From positions 62,001 to 126,000 of the forward strand of contig CP060764.1 of the NCBI GenBank assembly GCA_023205875.1: a DNA stretch of 64,000 nt. The letters run 5' to 3'. Source of the stretch: Chloropicon primus (lineage: Eukaryota). The notes under the pieces were generated by a model that worked only from the letters and a program-made list of their open reading frames with translations, made no database searches and was not told where the DNA came from. Both the position numbers and the translations under genes were made by a program. The stretch's first letter is position 1. Each line of letters opens with the position of its first letter. Positions 43,430 through 54,421 of the stretch are shown piece after piece.

Positions 43430-43889
43430 TCGTTGGAAAGATCTCAAAGACGCGATGCTCGCGATCGCCGTGGCCACGCTCCTGCTTCAAGCGATCCGTC
43501 GTCCTCACCTCGTGAAGACACGACCACGACACTCACCTTTGCGATCGATCGACGATCGCGATCGCCAACTGATTCAAACTGGAGCTTGTGGCGATCGCGG
43601 GGCTTCGAGTCTTCGATCGGCGATCGATCGCAAGGGCGAGGGGGAGGGAGGCGAGGGAGGGAGGAGCGAGCGGGGCAATACGAAGCTACGTCTCAAGATC
43701 TTTCCAAAGACACCTTGATTGCTTCGTTTGGCGCTCGGAGTGGTGGAGAACATTGCGGGAGCAAGGTTTGGAGCAAGCTCGAAGCCATCGAGAGGAGGAA
43801 GTTTGTCGAGGGAGTGGACGGCGAGAGGGGAGAGGGGAGGGGTCGAGAGTGGCACAGCACGAAAATACGTCTCGAGATCTTTCCAACGA
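43430..43889. promoter_or_regulatory. Bidirectional promoter with nested inverted repeats
   Basis: Perfect 16-bp IR at 43430-43445/43874-43889; 23-bp IR (2 mismatches) at 43536-43558/43614-43636; extra motif copy at 43689-43705. Confidence 0.6.
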
Positions 43890-43964
43890 CCTAGGTTTTG
43901 TTGACCCCCACTCGAAGGCGTTTTGCATGAACCTCAAGTTGTTGCTGTTGTTGTTGTTGATGCG

Positions 43965-46900
43965 ATGAGGTTGCTGAATGATGACCAGGACGGTACGAGG
44001 CGGGAGGTGGTGGAGAGGGCGAGGAGCCAGGACCATCCGTTCGTGATTGCCGTGGACGACTGCTCGACGACTCCCGTGCTGGGCGAGAACAAGAGGGTTG
44101 ACGCGTTCTTCCGGGAGCACAGCAAGCTGGACTTGCCCATCAACCTCAGCATACTGAACGGCCGGTCGAAGAGGATACGAGGCATCGAGGTGAACTACCT
44201 GCCGACGAGCGACGAGACGCTGCAGACGATATACAAGCACAGCGGATCGAGCGTGAATTGGTTCCGGAGGCCGTACGCGAAGATCTACCTCGTGGCTTGC
44301 GAGAACATCGCGGACTATAAGAAGAACGCAAGGCCTCGTTTGAAGGAGCTTATCGAGAAGAACGACAAGGCGAAGCCGGGATCGGGCCATGGGGACTTTG
44401 GCGGGGACGCAATATCGGGGTCTGGAGGGGGGGGCACCAATGCGCTGACCTCGTTCACGCCCTGGCTCGTGCTGTACTTGCAGGGAGCGAGCGCGACGCC
44501 CCAGTCCCAGCAGCAGCACAAGAAAGTGTTTCAGTTGATCAAGGACGACTTCAACAGCAGCAGGTACAATGCGAGCGCCATGTACTATAACACAGCGAGC
44601 ACGGGGGCTTCCGGGTCGGCTCTCGGATCGAACCCACTGGTCTCCGCGGTGCACAAAGGGAAAGCGGACAGGGTGTGCCAGCTCATTATCGAGCCGGATA
44701 GCAGCATCACGGGTTGGGAAGGGCTGAGCAGGCTTCTCGGGGACTGCGTCAAGATCTCTTTCGAGTGTAGGCTCGGGGCCTACTTCAGCGAGGTGAGGAA
44801 TCTTGCCCTCCTGAGGCGGACGCCCGGCTGGAGCTTTGACCACTTCTTCCTCGTCAAAGGCTCGCTGGCGCAGATGTTCGAACAAGCGCACGTCTACGAG
44901 GAAGCCATCAGGGAATACTACGAGTTGGAAGTGATCTACACGGATACGTTGGAGGCGAAGAGCGATGGCCCGAGCCTAGACGACTTTGGCGACCAGGCTG
45001 CTCGCGACGAGGTCGCCAGCATATTGCATCCTTTGAGAAAGAATCTGAGGCAGATGTGCAAGCACCCCGACCCGAGCAAGAAGACCGAGTCACTCAAGGA
45101 ATTCGATGTCCGGCAGTACCTCTTCGCGAAGAGGGCGCTGCTCATGCTGAAGGAGATCTGGGAGGAGGAGGAGGCGATGAAGGGTGATGGCAAAGTTGCG
45201 ACCAACCAGAAGAGGTACGAGCTTGCGAAGCTTGGCCAGCAGTTCATCAGTTCCTTCACGAGAAAGCTTCAGAAGCACAAATATAGTCCGGACTTTGTCG
45301 ACAAGTGGGTCTTCACCGCCTGCATGCAGCTCGCGGCTGTGCTCACGATGCGAAGCATCGTCAGCATCGATCCTGATAAGGTCAGCATGGACGAGCTGGA
45401 GTTCAAGAGCGATGACGGCGTCTTGAATGGTATTCTGGCCGATCTGTATATCTACTGTCACTCGAAACTGCTGACGCTTGGGGCGAACAAGGATTTCGAT
45501 TTTGCTTCGAAGCGGTCGCAACGCCGCCAGAAGGTGAGCAAGTCCATGATCTTTGCGAGCCCAAAGGCCCAGCGGGTCGGGAAAAACGGGATCGATGAGG
45601 AGGATATGGGCGTAGTTACGACCTTGGACAGCGAGTCGTGCGATTTCGAGGAAGAGCTCATTCTCATGGAGACAGAGGCAGCGGTGGCAGCAGCTAGAGA
45701 GGCAGCGGTGATTGCCGAGAGTGCCATGCATGCTGACTCACGGGGCACGAAGGACGAGGACGAGCAAGGGGAAGACGGATCGATGGGGAGGGAAGAGGTG
45801 ACCAGCAGTTTGGGTTGCCTCTCCAGCCGGGAGAGCTACAACTCGTATGTCTTGTCTCTCGCACGGGAGGCCGCGCAGGCCTGCAGGATGTGTGGAAGGG
45901 AGCGGCAAGCTGTCCATCTCGAGGCGAACAACTCGGACATTCTCATACAGCAGGGCGAAGTCTCCCAGGCCCAAAGCCTGCTTGAACGGCAATGCAAAAT
46001 TTATTTTGACGAGGGCTGGTTGCACCTTTTGGCAGACCTTGCGTTGCCTCAGCTGATCGAGTGCCAGGTGAAGCTTGGGGACAGGAGGGGCCTCCTGTGC
46101 AGCCTTGCAAGGTGGCTCACGATGAAGAGGGAACCTGATCAGATTTCCAGTAAAGTGGACGAAGACAATATTCAGACAACGCTTTCTGACCTGCACAAGA
46201 AGGGCAAAGGTGGTGGTGACCCTGTCGCTCTGGGCGAAGAGGAAGGCGTTGGGGCAGAACCCGTGAATCTACATGAGTCTGTCAGGCTCTCCAGGTACGA
46301 GGGCCGGCTAGGAGAATACCTTCCCTCCCCCTCCTGGAGGGTGGCCGCATGCGAGAATGACGTCGTGATCTTGGCCTTTGCGCTGGACTCGGACTTCCCA
46401 TTCCCTTTCGACGTTACAAAGGGGGAGGTCAACTTCGCTCAAGGGAATGGCAACACGGAGACTATGGGGACCAGGTGGCTCCATGCCTTGAGGGAGGAGG
46501 AGTCCGAGGCTCTGAAAACATTTTCGGACAAGCTGAGAACGTGCAATGTCGCGAAACTGTTTGGCGATGCCTCGCCGGGCGGGGGGGCGTGCACCATAGC
46601 CCCAGGCCGCAATGTGCTGTTTGCGGCTGTGGAGTGCTTGAAGCAGGGGAAGTTTTTCCCTGCCCAGTACACTGGTGAAGCTTACGGCTGTGAGTTTTCT
46701 TGCAGCTTTAGCAAAAGTGTGGACAGGCTAGAGATCACGGAGGAAGTTGACCGCCTGATCGTGGAGACAAAGACTTTGGACAAAAAGAATCGGATTTTCA
46801 TGCTGGAGCACCAGCTCATCGGCCTGGCCGTCAAGGAGCACAAGGAGCTGTACGACTGCAGGGTCAGAGTGGCGGCGAGCGACTTGGAGGTGACGGAAGC

Positions 46901-47840
46901 CTGGGCAATCTGCAAGGACGAGAAGCCGCGCAAGCTGGACCTCAGCGGGGACTTCTTCGCTCTCGGGGGCCTGAGGGACGAGGCGTGCATCTGGTTCTGT
47001 GTTGAGGATAAGGAAGGCGCTTTCGCGCGTTGTTATTCCGAGCAGCAGACGGAAAAGCTCAACTTTGAATACGAGGTCTCGTACACATCGGGTCTTGCCA
47101 GAACATTCACTGGAGTCCTGCCTGTGGCAGCTGCAAGCCCATTCATGGCACGGACAGACTTTCGAATGGTTTCTGAGGACCAGGTTCTGGTTGAGATCAA
47201 GCTTCGGAGCCACTTGCCTTGGAACGTCGTGGTGCAGGACTTTGAGCTGAGGAAGGATGGTGCGGTGGTCGACGGCATGTTCTCTGCCGAGGACTTGCTC
47301 CCCGCAAAAATGTCTGCTGGGGCGGACATCACCTTGCTGTACGAGGTGGGCCTCGAGGATTGCAAGGAATTGGACCTGGACTTGGAATTCGCCCTTGACG
47401 ACAGTTGGAACCCGGAGGCTGGGGAGGAGGATGCCCTCCACTGGAAGGCCGTGATGAGCGGTTCCCGCATGGGTCACAAGACCCACAGGTATAGCCACAA
47501 GCTCTCCATGCCACACCAGGGCCCAAGGGCCGTAATGCAGGCGAAGGGTGAACTCAGGGTCGGAGATGCAACGACTTTTGAGTGGCAAGTCTTCCACACC
47601 AGCGGTGGCAACGCCGCCTCCAGCGGCGACGGCGACTCCCTTGACTACGAGATCAAGTGCAGCAAGGAGCACTGGATCCTCGCAGGCCAGACCAAAGGCC
47701 GGGTCTCCCTTTGCCCCGGCAATCCCGTGATCAAGGTCGATTGCATCCCCTTGTCGTCCGGCTGCTTGCCCAGCCCCGAGCTTTTGGTTGGCCAACCTGG
47801 AACCCCCGCGAGCCGAGGAGGGAAGCTCAACGTAAATTAA
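43965..47840 (+). CDS. TRAPPC10: TRAPP II subunit TRAPPC10/Trs130
   Basis: WFRRPYAKIYLVACE, WSFDHFFLVKGSLAQMFE...AIREYYELE, EFDVRQYLFA; C-terminal WILAGQTKG...IPLSSGCLPSP; TGTAA at 47854. Confidence 0.9.
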   Translation: MRLLNDDQDGTRREVVERARSQDHPFVIAVDDCSTTPVLGENKRVDAFFREHSKLDLPINLSILNGRSKRIRGIEVNYLPTSDETLQTIYKHSGSSVNWFRRPYAKIYLVACENIADYKKNARPRLKELIEKNDKAKPGSGHGDFGGDAISGSGGGGTNALTSFTPWLVLYLQGASATPQSQQQHKKVFQLIKDDFNSSRYNASAMYYNTASTGASGSALGSNPLVSAVHKGKADRVCQLIIEPDSSITGWEGLSRLLGDCVKISFECRLGAYFSEVRNLALLRRTPGWSFDHFFLVKGSLAQMFEQAHVYEEAIREYYELEVIYTDTLEAKSDGPSLDDFGDQAARDEVASILHPLRKNLRQMCKHPDPSKKTESLKEFDVRQYLFAKRALLMLKEIWEEEEAMKGDGKVATNQKRYELAKLGQQFISSFTRKLQKHKYSPDFVDKWVFTACMQLAAVLTMRSIVSIDPDKVSMDELEFKSDDGVLNGILADLYIYCHSKLLTLGANKDFDFASKRSQRRQKVSKSMIFASPKAQRVGKNGIDEEDMGVVTTLDSESCDFEEELILMETEAAVAAAREAAVIAESAMHADSRGTKDEDEQGEDGSMGREEVTSSLGCLSSRESYNSYVLSLAREAAQACRMCGRERQAVHLEANNSDILIQQGEVSQAQSLLERQCKIYFDEGWLHLLADLALPQLIECQVKLGDRRGLLCSLARWLTMKREPDQISSKVDEDNIQTTLSDLHKKGKGGGDPVALGEEEGVGAEPVNLHESVRLSRYEGRLGEYLPSPSWRVAACENDVVILAFALDSDFPFPFDVTKGEVNFAQGNGNTETMGTRWLHALREEESEALKTFSDKLRTCNVAKLFGDASPGGGACTIAPGRNVLFAAVECLKQGKFFPAQYTGEAYGCEFSCSFSKSVDRLEITEEVDRLIVETKTLDKKNRIFMLEHQLIGLAVKEHKELYDCRVRVAASDLEVTEAWAICKDEKPRKLDLSGDFFALGGLRDEACIWFCVEDKEGAFARCYSEQQTEKLNFEYEVSYTSGLARTFTGVLPVAAASPFMARTDFRMVSEDQVLVEIKLRSHLPWNVVVQDFELRKDGAVVDGMFSAEDLLPAKMSAGADITLLYEVGLEDCKELDLDLEFALDDSWNPEAGEEDALHWKAVMSGSRMGHKTHRYSHKLSMPHQGPRAVMQAKGELRVGDATTFEWQVFHTSGGNAASSGDGDSLDYEIKCSKEHWILAGQTKGRVSLCPGNPVIKVDCIPLSSGCLPSPELLVGQPGTPASRGGKLNVN

Positions 47841-48119
47841 TCGAGGCCCGCCCTGTAAACACAACACTCGCTCTTCCATCACGCAGGCAACACAAATAAT
47901 CACACAAACAATCACACACACACACACACACACACAAACAGAGACGGACACCAAGATTACCGAGCGATGAACCCCTTTGTCAGTTACCTCCGGCCTCCCC
48001 CTCTCTCTCTCTCTCCATTTTCATCAAAACCTTCTCGGCCGTCGCGCGCGCAAGAGCGAGAGCGAGAGACACGAGCGAGGAGAGCGAGAGAGCGTGCGGT
48101 ACGGTAGGTTGGGAGCATC

Positions 48120-48302
48120 ATGGGTGCGTTGCGAGCGACGCTTTCTTTCGGCGTTCTTACCGCCTTCACGGCGTTTACCATCAACTACTACGAGAGCAAA
48201 ATCTTTCCTGTGGTGGACAAGTGGAACGCGTCGACGGTCAAGGAGAGGGAACTCCTGGCCAAGGTGGACAAGGAGAAGAAAACCCTGGCGCACAAACAGT
48301 AA
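48120..48302 (+). CDS. Small single-TM protein of unknown function (60 aa)
   Basis: ATG-initiated, C/G-ending codons as in neighbouring genes, one hydrophobic segment then a charged tail; fills an otherwise empty gap. Confidence 0.5.
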   Translation: MGALRATLSFGVLTAFTAFTINYYESKIFPVVDKWNASTVKERELLAKVDKEKKTLAHKQ

Positions 48303-48464
48303 GAAAACAAAATATCATATAGCCATACCATACCATTAGATAGATACCATACCATTAGATAGATACCATACCATAGCATTAGCATTAGCATTAGCATTAG
48401 ATGGATAGATAGAGCATCACAGGCGTGACGGAGTGTTTGAGTCTTCTTCTTCGTCTTCGTTGAA

Positions 48465-49839
48465 CTAGACGGCGGCGTTTGTCTTCTGGACGAGGACTGC
48501 GGTGGCTCCACCACCTCCGTTGCACAAAGTGGCAATGCCGTACTCGCCCTCCTTGAGGACGCTGAGAAGGGTGACCAAGATTCTGGCACCACTGCAACCG
48601 ATGGGGTGGCCCAAAGCGCAGGCGCCTCCGCGCTGGTTCACCTTGTCGTGAGGAATGCCGAGGAGCCTCATGTTCGCAATGACAACCGCGGCAAACGCCT
48701 CGTTGATTTCGAAAGCGCTCACGTCGTTCAAGGACAAGTGAGGATGCTTTGCCATGAGCTTCTCGATGGCTTTGGACGGCGTGGTCGGGAACTTGACGGG
48801 CTCCTGCTCCGCGTCGGCATACCCCACGATCCTAGCAAGGGGCAACACATTTATCTCCTCGCTCTTCTCCTCGCTCATCAACACGAGAGCAGCGGCACCG
48901 TCGCTTATGGTCGACGCGTTCGCTGCGGTGATGGTCCCGTTCTTCCTATCGAACGCCGGCTTGAGTGACCTGATCTTCTCCTCGTTGACTTCGTTGAGGT
49001 GCATCAGGGACTCGTCCTCGGAGACTTCCACGACCTTCCTCCCATGCTTGACTTGAACGGGAGCGATCTCCGAGGTGAACACTCCGCTCCTGTGGGCTTG
49101 CAGGGCGCGCCTCAAGGACTCGATAGAAAAGTCATCCTGCTCCTTCCTGGAGATGGTGAACTCCTGGGCGCACTTCTCGCCGCAGCTTCCCATATGAATG
49201 TTGTCATAAGGATCCCAAAGACCGTCCATGATCATGCCGTCCCACACCTGCTTGTCTCCCATCCTACGTGAGCGCCGAGCGAGACACAACACCAACACCA
49301 ACACCAAACGAAACACCCGCGTCCGTCAGCCTCGACTTGTCTCCTTCAAGAGAATGCACACACACAAACACACAAGAGAAAGAATCCACTCACCTGTACC
49401 TGGCCTCTCCCCTGTTCATCGGGAGGTAGTACGGCACGCGAGACATGGACTCCATGCCACCGGCCACCACACAACTGGCATCCCCAAGCTGGATAGACTG
49501 CGCCGCATAAGTGATAGCTTTCAACCCACTGCTGCATACTTTGTTCACCGTCGTGCAGCACGTCTCCGGCTTCAACTTGGCACCAAGAACTGCCTGCCTC
49601 GCTGGAGCTTGACCCAAACCAGCACTCAACACGTTTCCCATGATGGCTTCCTCCACATGACCTTTCACCTCGTGCACGACCGTCTCCCTCGTTGTCCTAT
49701 CCTTAACGCTTCTCAATGCTCCCTCGATAGCAGCCGTACCGAGCTCCGTGCATGACAACGCGCTCAATGCTCCGCCGAACGAACCGAGTGGCGTCCTCGC
49801 CGCTCCCACGATCACCACGCCGCTTCCTGCTCCTGCCAT
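48465..49839 (-). CDS. Acetyl-CoA C-acetyltransferase (biosynthetic thiolase); 2 exons
   Basis: Exon 1 49839-49394, intron 49264-49393 (phase 2), exon 2 49263-48465. Motifs [34 protein letters not shown]. Confidence 0.95.
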
Positions 49840-50439
49840 CCTCAATCCTCAACCCTCAACCCTCAATGCAATGCAATGCCTTCCCTCCTCTCCAATCTTC
49901 ACCAGGACGTTGCTCGGTTCAAGCGACCACTCTAGAGAAAGATCACGAGATGATCCTTCCGTCTGTTCTTTCGACAGACTCGACCTCGACCTCCTCCGCG
50001 CGTCGTTCTCGTCGCTTTCCCTCGCTCTCTTCTTGCTGAGTCACTCGCCGACCTCCAAAAAGTATCTGCTGCTGGCTGCTCCAGAGAGAGAGCGGTGAGA
50101 GAGAAGGAGAGAGAGAGAGGGAGCAAGAGAGGGGAAGGGGGAGGGGGTGGCGAGGCACAGCATCAATTGAAAGAGCATCTCGAGACCTTTCTGTAGAGCG
50201 GTCGGTTGACGAAAACGGACCACGTTTGAGGTCATCACGGACCGAGTGATTCGGAATCATCAACCTATCTAGTTTTGGATAAGAGAGCGGAGGCAACACG
50301 CAGGAGGTGGAGGGTGTCGTGGCATCATCGCCATCGTTCATTTACTCGCTCTCCACTCATTCATTGGATCATTCGCTCTCTCGCTCGTGCACAGGGACCA
50401 GCAACTTGTCCATCCAGCCATCCACAACAATCCACAACA

Positions 50440-50474
<35 letters not shown>

Positions 50475-50544
50475 GGTGATTCCGGTTCAACAGTCGCGCG
50501 GCTCGAGAGGATACTTCCTCCCGCACCATCGTCTTCTCGATGCC

Positions 50545-51348
50545 ATGGCCTTGCGGCCGCAGCGGAGGAGGTGGTCTCGTCGCTTGAGGGTGCTCGAGAG
50601 AGAGGAGGATGGGACCAGCAGGGAAGCTGTGAGCAGGCTGACTGTGTCGGTGAGTCATCGTCGCGGAGGAAGCAAGGGGACGGAGTGGTCGAAGGATGAC
50701 GACGTGTTGAAGGTTCTGTTCGTGAGTGAGTCGGGCATCTGCCGTGGATTCATGGCCCAGCGAATGTTTCAAAGCATCCTTGCAGACAAGGGCTTGGAAG
50801 AGTTGGTAAGCGTCGACGCAAGGGCGAGCCGGGACTACAGCCTCGGGGACGCGCCCTGCGAAATCGCGGCGAGGGCGGTGGGGGAGGAGGGCACCTCCCA
50901 AGGCCACTCTTACGAGGTGGAGCTCCTGGACGTCCAAGCGGATGCGGCGGGCTCGGACCTCATCCTCGTGTTCGATAAGTTCGTCGCCGAGGACGTGATG
51001 CGGGAGATCACGCTGTTCGAGGTGAGCGAGGACTCCTCAGACCCCTCGCTGAGCGACCGGGTTTACATGCTGGGAGAGTTCGGGGAAGGTTCCACGCAAT
51101 CCGAGAAAGATATCGACGACCCGCTGTATGGCAACTATGGCGGCGCGCAGGAGAGTGAGGCCGTCCGGCGCTGCTCGAAGAGAATCCGATCCTGCCTCGA
51201 GGCCGTGGCGTCCAAGCTGGAGTCGTGCGCGAGGGAAGGCGGCGGCTTCCTTGATCCCGAAAAGGTGAGGCAAGCCTTGTCAGGCGGCATGGAGGCACCG
51301 GATGACCTGAAGAGGCTTCTCCCTCCCATGCTCAGTAAAAAAAAATAA
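50545..51348 (+). CDS. LMW protein-tyrosine-phosphatase-fold protein with a degenerate P-loop
   Basis: KVLFVSESGICRG in place of the canonical VCLGNICRS; SDLILVFD; DIDDPLYG; Arg-rich targeting-like N-terminus. Confidence 0.8.
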   Translation: MALRPQRRRWSRRLRVLEREEDGTSREAVSRLTVSVSHRRGGSKGTEWSKDDDVLKVLFVSESGICRGFMAQRMFQSILADKGLEELVSVDARASRDYSLGDAPCEIAARAVGEEGTSQGHSYEVELLDVQADAAGSDLILVFDKFVAEDVMREITLFEVSEDSSDPSLSDRVYMLGEFGEGSTQSEKDIDDPLYGNYGGAQESEAVRRCSKRIRSCLEAVASKLESCAREGGGFLDPEKVRQALSGGMEAPDDLKRLLPPMLSKKK

Positions 51349-51392
51349 ATGACAACGCGGCGGCTGAGAATCCAATGTTAGTCCCCTTTCTG

Positions 51393-52396
51393 CTACCACA
51401 GACTCATCGTCCCAAAATCGTTGGTGTACTGCGGGTTACCCACCCTATGCATCCAAATGGAGACGGTCCACTTGTCCACGCTGCTGCCCACCACCGCGCA
51501 GCTCTCGTGCAAGCTCGCTTCGTCCAGGTACGATGCTGTTGGATCGAGAGAATAGAAGAAGAGCGCGTCGCCTTTTCGGGGCTTGACGCTCAGTCCCACT
51601 TTGCCTTGGCACGTAGCGGCATCGCCAAGCGGTTCCGGAGCCCTCCCGGCAAGCCTCTCCCCCTCTGGGAAGTTCGTATCTCCGCCCTGATCGGGCATCT
51701 GCAGGTAGACAAGCATAGTGGCCAGCCTTCCGTACCCTTCCACGAATTTGCCTGTCTCGTTGCTGATTCCAGCATCGAAGTGAGGCAGGTACTTTTGACC
51801 CTCCTCGTACCTCAACACCTGCACGAGCTCTTGCTGCTCCTCTGCGATGCCTGTGAAGAGGGCTGCCCTGCGACGCAGACGCGCGGAGACTTTGTCCTCC
51901 ATTCCCATCCTCGGAGAAAAAAACACGCCGCTACTGTCCCTGGCCCCGTCAACTTCGGTCTCATTCTCCTGCAAGTTAATGTTGCCCTGCGAAGGCCAAC
52001 GCAGCAGAGTCAGCCTCGCTCAGCTCTCGCTCCAAACAACAACAAAAAAAAACTCGTTCTACTAAGACTCACCACAACCGAACGCTTCAACTTGCTAATC
52101 GACACGTCTCGAAGGTAATCGCACTCGCGGTCCGTCAAAAAGTTGTGCAAGAGGGCTGCCCTCGGCTTCCAAGAGACCAGCTCCATCCAGGGACGACCCG
52201 GACCCGTCTCCATCCCGAACGTGAGCTTGTCCAAATGCATTCTCCTCGGCTTCGCCTCCGAAGGAGTCCTTCGGGTCCCGAGGCTGACGAGTCTTCCGAC
52301 GAAGAACACCGTGAGGAGTGCCGCAACCATGTTGCGCCTCGTCCACCACCTCTTCTTCGGAAGACTCGCGCCTCGACCTCGACGACCCATCGTCAT
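51393..52396 (-). CDS. Prolyl 4-hydroxylase (plant/algal type II membrane); 2 exons
   Basis: Exon 1 52396-52073, intron 51987-52072 (alternative acceptor at 51969), exon 2 to 51393. Motifs SWKPRA, QVLRYEEGQKYLPHFD, RLATMLVYL, LHESC, KW. Confidence 0.92.
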
Positions 52397-52621
52397 CGTC
52401 CTCGTCGTTTAGTCAAACGCTGCTCCTCCTGGACGCCTGGCGTTACGAGAATCAAAACTCTCAAACGTCATCCAGCGAAAATGATGGTGGGCGACAACTG
52501 AAGGGAGGACAAGAGGACAGGACAGGAGGGCAACTGTAACTGTTCCGCCGCCAGGAACACGTGCTTGCTTGAAATGCGTGTATTTACAGAAAATGAGAAA
52601 AAAAATTCCATGTCGAGGTTG

Positions 52622-54421
52622 TTAGAGTGGAAGGCCTGGAAGGTCCACAAAAATCACCTCCTTGATCGCCTCAACCTCCTTGAGAGACTGGATGACCTCG
52701 GGGGATGGCTTCTCGTCCACGCCAATCGCCATCAAGGCGGAGGCCCTTGGGCCCGTCCTTCCGACGGTCATGAAGTTGACGTTGATGCTGTTCTCGCCGA
52801 GAATCTGACCGACTTTGCCGACGACTCCTGGCTGATCCTCCTGCCTGCAAATGACGACACTGCCCTCCAAGCACACGTCCATATCGAAGTCTCCCAACTT
52901 GGTCAGGTAAGGCTTGCCCTCCTTGACCTTGCCCCCGACGGCGATCTTGTTGTTCCTCTCCAAAAAGTCTGGGAAGACTGGGTCCGCTCCGGTCACGAGC
53001 TCGACCCCAGAGACGAGATCGGAGTTGCTTCCCTTCACCTTGCTCTCCTCGATCTCGAGCTCCCTGTTCTCGGCGATGAGGTCCGCGTTCACAAGGTTCA
53101 CCTTGGCGTCGGTGGTGTGCTCCACCAGACCCTTCACGAGGTTCGCCCTCAGCAGCCTGGTGTCGAGGTCATCAGGGGACACGGACTTGTACGTGGCTCT
53201 GACCTTCTTGATGTTCTTTCCCAGTCGGGTGGCGACGACTCCGAGCTTGTGGATGAGCTCCGCGTTCGGCATGAGGTCCTTCATGAGCTCGCTCGAGACC
53301 ATTGGGGCGTTGATGGCGCTCGGGGCGGGCTCGCCCTTGAGGGCGGTCACCACGGCGTCCGCGACTTCGACGGCGACGCCCTCCTGGGCCTCCACGGTGG
53401 ACGCTCCCAAGTGGGGGGTCAGCACGACGTTCGGCCTTCCCATCAAGGGGTTGTCCGCTGGAGGGGGCTCGACGGCGAAGACGTCCAGGGCGGCTCCCGC
53501 GATCTCGTTGTTGTCCAAGGCGTCCGCCAAGGCCTTGTCGTCGATCACTCCTCCCCTGGCCACGTTGATCACCACCGCGTTGGGCTTCATGTTCTTGAAG
53601 ACCTCGGCGTTGAACATCTTGTCCGTGGAGGGGGTGAGGGGCATGTGCAGGGAGAAGAAGTCTCCCCTGGCGACGGCCTCGTCGAAGTCCACGAGCTCCA
53701 CCCCGAGGGCCTTGGCCTTGTCCTCAGGCGCGTAAGGGTCGTGGGCGATCACCTTCATGCCGAGGCCCTGGGCCCTCCTCGCGACCTCCGAGCCGACCTT
53801 GCCGAACCCCATGATCGCGATGGTCTTGTCCACCAAGCTCACCCCGACGAGCTTGCTCCTGTTCCACTTGCCTTCCCTCATGGACGCGTCGGCCTGGGCC
53901 ACGTTCCTGGCGAAACTGCAGAGGAGGGCGATACCGTGCTCCGCGGCGGCCACCGTGTTCGCGTTCGGGGCGTTCACCACAACGCACCCGTTCTCCGTCG
54001 CCGCGTGGACGTCCACATTGTCGATTCCAACTCCTGCCCTTCCCACCACGCGAAGGCGCCCCTTGCTCGCCGTGAACACCTCCTTGGTCACCTGCGTCCC
54101 GCTCCTCACGATCAAGGCATCACTGTCCTTGATCTTCTCAAGCAGTTCCGTCTCGCTCATGTCATACGCCAGCTCCACGTTGCTGAACTTCTCCAGGAGC
54201 TCAATTCCGGCCTGACCGAGCTTCTCCGCCACAAGGACGGTCGGCCTCTCGAACAAACCCTCCTGGCCGCTCGCGACGCTCCTGTTGAGCTCCTCCACGG
54301 CACGCACCTTGGTCGAGCAAGGTCTCGCCGTCGTGAACCGTGTCAAGGCCCTTGGCGCCGCACACTTCGCACCTCTCACTCCACCTCTCGTCGCACCTCT
54401 CGTCGTCGCCCCCATCATCAT
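52622..54421 (-). CDS. PGDH: Plastid D-3-phosphoglycerate dehydrogenase
   Basis: GRAGVGIDNVD, GFGKVG, INVARGG, TPHLGAST and a C-terminal ACT domain; transit peptide. Confidence 0.97.
   Translation of the reverse strand: MMMGATTRGATRGGVRGAKCAAPRALTRFTTARPCSTKVRAVEELNRSVASGQEGLFERPTVLVAEKLGQAGIELLEKFSNVELAYDMSETELLEKIKDSDALIVRSGTQVTKEVFTASKGRLRVVGRAGVGIDNVDVHAATENGCVVVNAPNANTVAAAEHGIALLCSFARNVAQADASMREGKWNRSKLVGVSLVDKTIAIMGFGKVGSEVARRAQGLGMKVIAHDPYAPEDKAKALGVELVDFDEAVARGDFFSLHMPLTPSTDKMFNAEVFKNMKPNAVVINVARGGVIDDKALADALDNNEIAGAALDVFAVEPPPADNPLMGRPNVVLTPHLGASTVEAQEGVAVEVADAVVTALKGEPAPSAINAPMVSSELMKDLMPNAELIHKLGVVATRLGKNIKKVRATYKSVSPDDLDTRLLRANLVKGLVEHTTDAKVNLVNADLIAENRELEIEESKVKGSNSDLVSGVELVTGADPVFPDFLERNNKIAVGGKVKEGKPYLTKLGDFDMDVCLEGSVVICRQEDQPGVVGKVGQILGENSINVNFMTVGRTGPRASALMAIGVDEKPSPEVIQSLKEVEAIKEVIFVDLPGLPL

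Noticed and set aside
43461..43598. GCGATCGC octamers as cyanobacterial HIP1 / horizontal transfer signal
   Set aside because: They are part of the general CGATCG richness of promoters here, and the flanking genes are eukaryotic.
41599..49839. Sterol/isoprenoid gene cluster (DWF5 plus thiolase)
   Set aside because: Only two loosely related genes separated by TRAPPC10. Chlorophytes generally make sterol precursors by the MEP pathway, so chance adjacency is likely.
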